Assembly (NCBI GenBank): GCA_964016885.1
Contig: OZ024755.1
Span: 38,750,001 to 38,814,000, forward strand
Origin: Eledone cirrhosa
Lineage: Eukaryota
Direction of reading: 5' to 3'
Length of the DNA: 64,000 nucleotides
Part shown: positions 1 to 10,148 of the stretch, one piece after another
How positions within the stretch are numbered: the stretch's first letter is position 1
How the letters are laid out: the number at the start of each line of letters is the position of its first letter
The notes under the pieces: model-generated
Database searches by the model: none
What the model was told of the DNA's origin: nothing
The model's input: the letters and a program-made list of their open reading frames with translations, nothing else
Position numbers and translations under genes: made by a program

Positions 1-254
1 AGTCAATCTGTAAACGCAGAAGTGGATATTTCAAAAAACGTTGCAACCGGAGGAAGACAGGAAGACGATACTTTGGTTCGTGGAAACGTTCCCTGGCAAA
101 GAACGGGAAAAGGTGAAGATAATACGTCATTAATATATTCGTTTTTTCCCGTTCTTTGCCAGCGAACGTTTCCACGAACCAAAGTATCGTCTTCCTGTCT
201 TCCCCCGGTTGCAACGTTTTTTGAAATATCCACTTCTACGTTTACAGATTGACT
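1..254. repeat. Long near-perfect fold-back palindrome (arms ~110 bp, loop ~30 bp; may extend left of the window)
   Basis: 1-111 (agtcaatctgtaaacg...gaacgggaaaa) is the reverse complement of ~144-254 (ttttcccgttc...tttacagattgact); explains the mirrored ORFs 3..233 and 22..252. Confidence 0.95.
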
Positions 255-326
255 TTGTTAGTTTCAGAAGATCCCGTTAAGGGTGAAAGCAGCGATTCTT
301 TGCTTAAACTTTAATCTGTTATTTTA

Positions 327-366
<40 letters not shown>

Positions 367-440
367 TCATATGAGTAGTGGATGGAAAGGTTAACGATAC
401 GTCGGACTAGTAGCATATCAATGGAAAAAATAAATCTCGA

Positions 441-510
441 TTCGTCTGAAGAGAACGTGTAAGGTGGTTATTATATAATTACCTTACATTTTTGAAATAC
501 GTATAACGAA
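441..510 (+). ncRNA. Type I hammerhead ribozyme motif with extended stem II
   Basis: Stem I ttcgt(441)/acgaa(506); core CTGAAGA at 446; stem II gtgtaaggt...accttacat; GAAA at 494; palindromic stem III TACGTA; UH = TA at 504. Confidence 0.8.
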
Positions 511-908
511 CTAAATAAAATGAAGATGTACGAATAAAACTGTCTCTCTTCGTTTTTGAATTTGTTTTCCAAGATTTCTCATCTGAAAACGTGTGTTGAA
601 ACAGATGTTGTACTCTGGGAGGGTCATGCTGCCGATAAAAATACACGCACTTATTGGTTTTTCACTTCAATTTATTATATATTTCCGGTTGGTTGGTTCG
701 ATAACCGGTTGGTTGTTCATATATTGTCAAAGCTCTTTCATCACACATTCTGTGACCTCCTCAGTTACTAGGTTTTTATTTTGTGCCTTCCTTTGTCTGT
801 CCTACACCATCTTGTTTTGAAGTGAAAACCAACAGGTGCGTGTGTTTTTATTGGCAGCATGTCCCTCCAAAAGTATACACACACACACACAGACACACAC
901 ACAAATAG

Positions 909-944
<36 letters not shown>

Positions 945-1406
945 TGTGTGTGTGTGTGTGTGTGTGTCTATGTGTGTGTTTGTGTTTGAAGTTATTTTAA
1001 TAAAGACGTTCCACCCCTACATCAATGTCAAATTTACACGATTCAATAAAAAGTACATTTTTCAGCAAGTCGGGCCCATGCCAGACACAGACTTCATATA
1101 GGAAATAGTTGAAGAGGTCATAAATCTACCACCATGCCTTAGAAACATTTAAAGACACCAGACATATAAATGGCGACCGGCAAATAAAGGAAACGGAAAA
1201 CCAAGGCTTTGTAATCATCTGTGTCAGTCCAAGGACTGAGGCCACAGGAGTTCTCAATGGTGACTGATACAAAAAGAAAGGGGCCAGTCAATGGCTGGTA
1301 TTTAGTCAGTAAAATATAGAGGGCAATATCTTTTAAAGAGGGCTACAAAGATAATTATGTGCCCCCAAAAATCAACAAAAAACATTGCATAAAGTTTTGC
1401 TTCTAC

Positions 1407-2430
1407 TACGTGTGTGTATATATATATGTGTGTGTATATAGATGTTTGTGTGTGCATATAGATATTTGTGTGTGTATATAGATATTTGTGTGCGTGTATA
1501 GATGTTTGTGAGTGTTGACATGTTTGTGTGTGTATAGATGTTTGTGTGTGTATATATATGTGTGTGTGTATAGATGTTTGTGTGTGCATATAGATATTTG
1601 TGTGTGTATATAGATATTTGTGTGCGTGTATAGATGTTTGTGTGCGTGTATAGATGTTTGTGAGTGTTGACATATTTGTGTGTGTATAGATGTTTGTGTG
1701 TGTATATATATATTTGTGTGCCTGTGTATAGATGTTTGTGTGTGCATATAGATGTTTGTGTGTGTATATAGATATTTGTGTGTGTATATAGATATTTGTG
1801 TGCGTGTATAGATGTTTGTGAGTGTTGACATATTTGTGTGTGTATAGATGTTTGTGTGTGTATATATATATTTGTGTGCCTGTGTATATATATTTGTGTG
1901 TATGTATAGATATTTGTGTGTCTGTGTATATATATTTGTGTGTATGTATAGATATTTGTGTGTGTGTGTTAACATATTTGTGTGTGTGTATTTATATGTG
2001 TGTGTGTTGACATAAATATTTGAGTGTGTTTACGTATGTGTGTGTATAGATATTTGTGTGCGTTGACAAATATTTGAGTGTGTTTACGTATGTGTATGTG
2101 TATTTTTATTTGTGTGTGTTGACAAATATTTGAGTGTGTTTACGTATGTGTGTGGGTGCATTTATATTTGTGTGTGTTGACAAATATTTGAGTGTGTTTA
2201 CGTATGTGTGTGGGTGCATTTATATTTGTGTGTGTTGACAAATATTTGAGTGTGTTTACGTATGTGTGTGGGCGCATTTATATTTGTGTGTGTTGACATA
2301 AATGTTTGAGTGTGTTTACGTATGCGTGTGTTTGTGTATAGATATTTGTGTGTGTTGACACAAATATTTGAGTGTGTTTACGAATGTGTGTGTGAGAGAG
2401 TGTGTGCATGTGTGTGTATGTGTGTGTGTC
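1407..2430. repeat. TG/TA-derived compound minisatellite
   Basis: Recurrent tatagatatttgtgtgtg and gttgacaaatatttgagtgtgtttacgtatg units. Confidence 0.9.
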
Positions 2431-2743
2431 CCTGGGACGGAGAGTGAAATATAGATAAAAAGAAACGGAAGGGATGATAGAAATATAGATATAATTATAG
2501 ATATATTAGCTTATTAAAAATAGTACCTTATTATTCCAGCAATTGAACCAAGTAGAAGATATTTTATGCAGATGTAAATATATATTTTAATGAGATATAT
2601 TGCTTATTCGCTCCATACACAACCTTATATATAAATGTGTTAATTATGGATTGTAGCCATTCTTCTATTATAAAAGTATTTACTCACAAGTATACACACA
2701 TCTCGATACAGATCAGCTCCTAAATACAGACTCACACACAGAC

Positions 2744-2780
<37 letters not shown>

Positions 2781-2788
<8 letters not shown>

Positions 2789-4698
2789 TAAACGGAATAG
2801 AAAATGCTGACAAATTGTTCACAGTTGAAAAATGGTTTAATTAGGAATAAAAGAGTATTAGTGATTGTCAAACAGCACGGACACTCTATCTCAAAATTAT
2901 TTTTGAAAAGCATTTAGAAATGCGCAACCGGTAAAAACTTAAAAACTTAAAACCACAACTCAATACTAACCCATACAATCACTAATACTCTTTTATTCCT
3001 AACTAGCAGTAAAGCCCGGCGTTGCTCGGGGTCGCTCAGTAGCTGTGTTAAAGTTACAATGTTAAGTTTCTTTTTTGGCTTAAAAACTGTAGTGTCTACT
3101 GTGCAGACTTGCATGTGGTGTTTTTGATTAATATTCCCTCAACCAACAATATGCCTTATGAAGTTAAGAAAACATAACGATAACCCGAATGTTATAACAA
3201 AAGAGGATGCTGGGGATAAAAACTGCACTGGTTATTTATTAACAAAGTTCGAAAATGTAAACACTGCAACGCAGAGAAAAACATTAGCGTAACCAAATTA
3301 TCAGTTATGTCTGTCTGCACGCCTATATCACCTCTCTGCACGACTATCTGTCTGCACGCCTATATCACCTCTCTGCACGACTGTCTGTCTGCACGCGTAT
3401 ATCACCTCTCTGCACGACTATCTGTCTGCACGCGTATATCACCTCTCTGCACGACTGTCTGTCTGCACGCCTAACGAAATTTACAGATACATATATTTTA
3501 AAAAAACTTATATAATTTTTGCTTTTTTTTACGAAATATTTGCTTGTTTTACGTAGTCTTTAAATAGACTTGTTTTCAAGTAAAAATATTGTTTTAAAAG
3601 GCTTTTAAATGGAAATGAAGCAAAACGGAAGCTTAGTGTTCGAACTGATGAAGCTGTGTTAAAGTTACAATGTTAAGTTTCTTTCTTGGCTTAAAAACTG
3701 TAGTGTCTACTGTGCAGACTTGCATGTGGTGTTTTTGATTAATATTCCCTCAACCAACAATATGCCTTATGAAGTTAAGAAAACATAACGATAACCCGAA
3801 TGTTATAACAAAAGAGGATGCTGGGGATAGAAACTGCACTGGTTATTTATTAACAAAGATCGAAAATGTAAACACTGCAACGCAGAGAAAAACATTAGCG
3901 TAACCAAATTATCAGTTATGTCTGTCTGCACGCCTATATCACCTCTCTGCACGACTGTCTGTCTGCACGCCTATATCACCTCTCTGCACGACTGTCTGTC
4001 TGCACGCCTATATCACCTCTCTGCACGACTGTCTGTCTGCACGCCTAACGACGAAATATTTGCTTGTTTTACGTAGTCTTTAAATAGACTTGTTTTCAAG
4101 TAAAAATATTGTTTTAAAATGCTTTTAAATGGAAATGAAGCAAAACGGGGTCGCTCAGTAGCTGTGTTAAAGTTACAATGTTAAGTTTCTTTTTTGGCTT
4201 AAAAACTGTAGTGTCTACTGTGCAGACTTGCATGTGGTGTTTTTGATTAATATTCCCTCAACCAACAATATGCCTTATGAAGTTAAGAAAACATAACGAT
4301 AACCCGAATGTTATAACAAAAGAGGATGCTGGGGATAAAAACTGCACTGGTTATTTATTAACAAAGACTGAGAAAGCCAGCGTAATTTTTTACGTAAGAC
4401 GCTCAATGTAAACAGAACAAAGGGAAATAACTGATAACTTACGCTCAAAAATCGATACATTATATTCGATTTCGTCACATAGGGTGGGTCAATTTGAAAT
4501 TTTTTTTTCCGATGTCTTCGCTAGGGGTCAATGTACAAGTATAGCAATTTCGGTGCAATTCCGTGAGAGATTCTAAGAGGAGATGTGTGCCAAAAATCGA
4601 TAGACAGACAGACAACCACAGTTTTATATATATAGATTAAACCATTTTTCAACTGTGAACAATTTGTCAGCATTTTCTATTCCGTTTACCAATATATA
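2781..4698. repeat. Palindromic (TA)n-flanked element interrupted by a Helitron
   Basis: Left arm ~2781-2867 is the reverse complement of 2975-3002 joined to 4637-4698. Confidence 0.9.
3003..4636 (-). mobile_element. Non-autonomous Helitron with internal duplications
   Basis: Minus strand starts TC(TATATATATAAAA) and ends with hairpin CCCGAGCAACGCCGGG then CTAG; inserted at A^T with no TSD; ~330-430 bp block repeated at ~3040, 3652, 4160 and a 37-bp minisatellite inside. Confidence 0.9.
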
Positions 4699-4727
4699 AT
4701 AACTTGTGTGTTACACCTCTATTCTTT

Positions 4728-4839
<112 letters not shown>

Positions 4840-4994
4840 CCGGGTTCAATCGGGAGTTAGTAAGGTACTCAATACTTTCGTAGAGTGTAAACATCATGTT
4901 TAATCTAGAAATGGTTTCTACAGGTCTAGAACTGCCGATTTCTTTTGAATGAAACAGTTCTAGTCTTGTAGAATCCATTCCTATATTCAACATG

Positions 4995-5056
<62 letters not shown>

Positions 5057-5080
5057 GGCTGTTCCGTATAACCATTACTA

Positions 5081-5126
5081 GTACGAGCTGAAGATCCGCA
5101 TAAGGTGAAACAATTGTTCTCGGTAT
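5081..5126 (+). ncRNA. Minimal type I hammerhead ribozyme motif
   Basis: Stem I cgag/ctcg; CTGAAGA at 5088; short stem II tcc-gcataa-ggt; GAAA at 5107; palindromic stem III CAATTG; triplet GTT. Confidence 0.7.
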
Positions 5127-5192
5127 GGTGAACTAACTGTTGTGTTACTACTTATAAAGAGCTATAAATACAACATTTATTTTTGGAAAGCC

Positions 5193-5243
5193 AGATTCTT
5201 GATGATTTCTAAAGAATGAAACGGTTCTAGTCCTGTAGAATCT
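5193..5243 (+). ncRNA. Hammerhead motif, C3U variant; same family as 30388-30442
   Basis: agattc TTGATGA tttc-taaa-gaat GAAA cgg-ttctagtc-ctg TA gaatct; a more decayed copy lies at ~4930-4976. Confidence 0.65.
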
Positions 5244-5322
5244 CATCTATATTAACACTTTTATACTCTGCTATGTATTGAGTACCTTACTTACTGTGGC
5301 TACCTCCGATTCAACCCGGAAT

Positions 5323-5372
<50 letters not shown>

Positions 5373-5882
5373 GATAAATCTACCAGGAGTTTACGGTAGT
5401 GTCCAATCCGTATGAAGAACTCAATGCATTCCGGATATCATGGAAAGAAGAGATGTAATGAAAAATCACTTTCGGTGAAAGATAAACGGTATACAGTGTC
5501 AAGATAAAATATTAAACAAATAATGAATAAAACAATAATTATGTGTATGTTTATGCATATACGCGCGCGTGTGTGTGAGTGTACGGATATGTGTGAGTAT
5601 GAGAATATGTGTATACACTTATTTCATATTTATGTATCTATACGCATCTTATCTGTGCATTATAAACTTACAGAGACATTAACCTTGAAATTTTGTATTT
5701 GCATGCATCTTTTTGGCATGCGTATGCATGTTGAGCATACATCTTTGTATAAATATGTGTACGGGGTAGTTACATGTATATACACACACCAAACTGCATA
5801 AAACCTTTTGTATTTTCATTGGTCAATTTTGTTCCCAAACGGACCTGAAATTTTGAATTGTTGTTATTATCAATAAATATAT

Positions 5883-6037
5883 TTCATTATTTCTGAAGAC
5901 GGCGTATATGTGTGTTTGGTATGTATATTTAATCTTGATAGTTTGTATAATTTTGTATAATTTTGTACATAGATCTGTTGAATATGCATGCCAATTCTAA
6001 CACATATATATCCTAGAAACGATCGTTAAATAATGAA
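5883..6037 (+). ncRNA. Type I hammerhead motif with ~115-nt stem II domain
   Basis: 10-bp stem I ttcattattt/aaataatgaa; CTGAAGA at 5893; stem II tatatgtgtgtt/aacacatatata and tggtatgtatattta/tgaatatgcatgcca; GAAA at 6016; palindromic stem III CGATCG; triplet GTT. Confidence 0.75.
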
Positions 6038-6113
6038 CTTTTTTTGTTTAATATAAGGAACTGTTTCATTGTTTTATTCATTATTTGTTTAATATTTTAT
6101 ATATATATATATA

Positions 6114-6306
6114 TGTTGGGGATCGCATCGTTCTTCAGGCAGCGTTTGAGAAAATTAATCTGGCAGGCAATCCTTGCTTGTTTCTCCTATATATATAGGA
6201 CCAGCAGTTTGCAACCGTGAACGGACTTTGTAGGTTCTCGGAGAAACAAGCAAGGATTGGCTCCCAGATTAATTTTCCTGTCTGAAGAACGATGCGATCC
6301 CCAACA
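6114..6306. repeat. Fold-back palindrome next to (TA)n
   Basis: tgttggggatcgcatcgttcttcag...ttgcttgtttctcc versus ggagaaacaagcaagg...ctgaagaacgatgcgatccccaaca. Confidence 0.9.
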
Positions 6307-6737
6307 CCATCAGAAATATCCCCCTCCTTTATGGCCTCAATTCTTCAGGCTTTATCAAACATTTACGTCGCCAGTTTCACGTACACACTCGGACACTCTC
6401 AGAGCAGATGCTGTGACTTAGAACAACACCCGAGAACCTGCTCCATAAAACTACAACCGCTATCGACGAGTGCTACCCTGTCCGGGTCTAATTTGAGAAA
6501 AAAACGTCTCAACCAAAGTTCGACTGGACCCTTAAAAATGAAACTACAGTAAGGAATAGAGTTCAGCGTGATGACAACATTCCTCCCTACCACATCACCT
6601 CCAACACAAATGGAGTCAAGATCCAACACGTTAACGACCACAAACACGACAACATTAACCCCAAGGACGCTATGAACATCACCATCTTTGACCCGCAAAT
6701 CGACGACAACCTACACTTCGTCACAGGGTCTCTTTCC

Positions 6738-6836
6738 AACAAAGTTATTTTTAGGGACAAAGGAAATATTCTGTAAATATAGATACACACACATATTTAC
6801 AGAATATTTCCTTTGTCCCTAAAATCAATTTTGTTC
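6738..6836. repeat. Short palindrome
   Basis: ttttagggacaaaggaaatattctgtaaatat versus atatttacagaatatttcctttgtccctaaaa. Confidence 0.9.
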
Positions 6837-7200
6837 TGTGAAGAAACACAACTACCAACACTACTGCTGTTACTACCACCTCTCTCTATATATACACAAG
6901 AGTTCATTTTCCAGTCTCCTTCTCAACAAGGAAGATGAAAAAATCTTACCTCAACACTTTAGTTTTTAATCCTTATTAATTCTTTTTAATTGTAATACTC
7001 AACATTTGATAAGATGAATTTTACTAATACATCGAAACCGGTAATACTTTATATACTTTATATACATTATAAAACTCTTTTTTAAAAGAATTGTCCCTCT
7101 AATTTTTCAATAATGTCACTTTGATGAAAGGAAAGAAAGGAAGAAAAAAAAGAAAAACAGACCTTAAAATATATTTTCACTGCTATTTCCAACTTTACCT

Positions 7201-7231
<31 letters not shown>

Positions 7232-7261
7232 TTCCCTCCACACTCACACACACACATATAT

Positions 7262-8434
7262 ATATATAAAATTGCAAGTTTGAAGAACTATTAGAAAAAA
7301 TATATACAGTATTTCCTCTTCCTAGTCCGTATAAATCAACCACATAAAAAATCATTTAAACGAGGCTAATAGAAGAAATAATAGACAAATGATACAGACT
7401 ATCTTCCGCGATGTACAGCCCGATAAAATTTATCCAGATATTTCTTTCAGCCTGTAGAAATTGACTTGACAAATAATCAACTACACGGAATTAGTAACAA
7501 AATAGAAGTTTGAAGAAAAAATGCACATAAACTTTACCAAAATTCTTCTAGTCCCGACCACCGGCGGTTTCGTTCCATTTTTTGGATATACCCGATCTTG
7601 GATCTATCCACGAGGCTTGGAATTCATCAGGAGACACCCCGTTTCTGGACTAAGTTTTCTATCATGATCCCCACCAGAGGTGAATTCAAAATGGCTAAGA
7701 ACTGTCACGTGGCCAGCGGTCCAGGCAGAAAATGTGTGATTGGTGCCTGTCGGCGAGTAGGTTGGTTGTTAGAAAGCGCAGCCGGATACTGCCTAAAGTT
7801 TTACACAGCCTTACGGGAGTATATATCACATTCAAAGGGGTATATGTATATAATTAGACATAGTAACAGATACATATATGAGTTTGGCTACTTTTCACGG
7901 CGTGGCTCAATGAAGAATTAATTAAGCAAATAATCATTAATCAGAGCTATATATAAAATTGCAAGTTTGAAGTACTATTAGATAAAATATATACAGTATT
8001 TCCTCTTCCTATACTGTATAAAGCAACCACATAAAAAATCATTTAAACGAGGCTATAAGTTTAAAATGTAACTATAAAGAAATAATAGACAAATAATACA
8101 GACTATTTTCCAGAATCGGGTTGTCTCCTGATGAGTTCCAAGCCTCCATCGCCGAAGATCGTCTGTATCATTTGTCTATTATTTCTTCATAGTTACATTT
8201 TAAACTTATAGCCTCGTTTAAATGATTTTTTATGCGGTTGATTTATACGGACTAGGGTGAAGAAAGATTGGTTATATTTTATCTAATAATTCTTCAAACT
8301 TGCAATTTTATATATAGCTCTGATCAATGATTATTTGCTTAATTAATTCTTCATTGAACCACACCGTGAATGGTTGCCAAACTCATATATGTAACTGTGA
8401 TTATGTCTAATTATATACATATATCCCTTTGAAT
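7262..8434. mobile_element. Unclassified interspersed repeat with direct plus inverted duplication
   Basis: 7262-7405 repeated directly at ~7950-8107; 7830-8105 inverted at ~8160-8434; a diverged family copy lies at ~24660-25110. Confidence 0.75.
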
Positions 8435-8758
8435 TTTATATATATATATAAATACCACTGATGATGTTGCAGATGTGCGACGAAAGAACTTTTATAGACT
8501 ATATATATATTTATATCTGTATTTTTAACCGCTGGTCAATCAAGGATAAACATTGATTGCCAAATATATAAACTATGGAGATATAAAAGATACAGAAGCG
8601 AAAACCAACCAAACAGTGAGTGTGTTCTGTTCAATGGATTTCCGCATGGATTATCCATCTATTTTGAGACTTGAAACCGTACGGGAAGGGTAATTACAGC
8701 AGGTACAGTGAACTTTTTAAAATTTATTTTAAAACTTTTTCTTATTTGCTAAACCTTG

Positions 8759-8824
<66 letters not shown>

Positions 8825-8952
8825 AAAGTACTATTTAAAATTGTTGGGATACAACAAGTAAATATTTTTATAACTGATATAAAGCACTCGACAAGTATTT
8901 GGAGTAGATATACGATATTAATAAATGGAAACTATATTTATAAAACCATATT

Positions 8953-9017
8953 TATTTCATTATACATATTTCAGGGATACCAAATTAAATTATGGTATGC
9001 CTTCATCAGACAAAATA
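8953..9017 (-). ncRNA. Type I hammerhead motif (inverted copy of 9107-9171)
   Basis: tcatcag at 9003 and tttc at ~8969; reverse complement of the plus-strand copy. Confidence 0.8.
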
Positions 9018-9106
9018 AAATATATAACAGTTTTACAAATAAGAAAAATAATGGTTGCATTTTAATAGGGTACGTCAAAGCTTATTTGTAAAACTGTTAT
9101 ATATTG

Positions 9107-9171
9107 TATTTTGTCTGATGAAGGCATACCATAATTTAATTTGGTATCCCTGAAATATGTATAATGAAATA
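9107..9171 (+). ncRNA. Type I hammerhead ribozyme motif
   Basis: Stem I tattttgt/atgaaata (two G-U pairs); CTGATGA at 9115; stem II agg-c-atacca...tggtat-c-cct; GAAA at 9152; stem III TATGTA; UH = TA. Confidence 0.8.
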
Positions 9172-9210
9172 AATATGGTTTTATAAATATAGTTTCCATT
9201 TATTAATATC

Positions 9211-9258
<48 letters not shown>

Positions 9259-9479
9259 CCAACAATACACAAAAAACAAGATGGTGTCGGAGAGAACAAA
9301 GGATAGACACAAAATAATGAAAAGGTCAGAGAATATGTGATAAAAAGCTTTGACAATATATAAACAACCTTCCAGTTATTAAACCAACCAACCAACCAAC
9401 CGAAAATTTATAATAATTTGAAGTGAAAACCTAAAGGTGCGCCTGGTTTTATTGTTATACCAAAGTATAACAATATATA

Positions 9480-9596
9480 TATAGGGAAAAGTATGACCCC
9501 GACGCCAGAGCTCAAGCCGTTTCGACGGCTATTTCTGGACTGACATAGCCGTAGAAACGGCTTGAGCTCTGCCGTCGGGGTCATACTTTTTCCTAT
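9480..9596. repeat. Near-perfect GC-rich hairpin
   Basis: aaaagtatgaccccgacgccagagctcaagccgtttcgacggctat versus atagccgtagaaacggcttgagctctgccgtcggggtcatactttt. Confidence 0.9.
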
Positions 9597-9675
9597 TTCC
9601 CACTCTACTACCCTAAATATTGAGTACTCTGGTGCGATACAGTCCATCTGGTTCCTTACCACATTTCCTTTGTTG

Positions 9676-9741
<66 letters not shown>

Positions 9742-9864
9742 TGTGTATAACGTGTGTATGTGTGTGCGTGTGTGTGCGTATTTATATGTGTGTGGGTTTG
9801 TGTATGTGCATGTATATATATGTATGTGTCTGTAAGTGTGTGTATATGAATATATATATTAATT

Positions 9865-10012
9865 AATTGTTTCTACTTTTGACACAAGGCCAGCAATTAC
9901 CCAGTGCATTACTGGTACTTTATTTTATCGACCCCGTAAGGATGAAAGGCAAAGTTAACCTCGGCGGGATTTGAACTCAGAATGGCAAGGGCCGTAACTA
10001 TGCGTCAAAGCA
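9865..10012 (-). mobile_element. tRNA-derived SINE, octopus-type family
   Basis: Minus strand B-box gagttcaaatccc, body ctttgcctttcatccttacggggtcgataaaataaagtaccag, tail agtagaaacaatt; at least 6 copies in the window. Confidence 0.85.
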
Positions 10013-10148
10013 ATATATATATTAACTAATATACACAAAAACTGTTACAATTACATATATCATATATTTGTTGGTGACAAACATTTGGTCAGATCCTCAG
10101 TCAACTGGCTTCTGATAGCAACTTATTGCAAACTTTGGGCTAGTTTAT

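Larger units (their letters stand above)
8908..9213. repeat. Palindrome carrying a hammerhead motif in each arm
   Basis: 8908-9042 is the reverse complement of 9081-9213; bounded by (TA)n tracts. Confidence 0.95.

Noticed and set aside
6281-6325. ctgaaga...gatg/catc-a-gaaa hammerhead-like core
   Set aside because: No stem III, UH or stem I partner downstream
6292-6740. Possible N-terminal remnant of a Penelope-like ORF
   Set aside because: No recognisable RT or GIY-YIG motif; cannot be supported without a search
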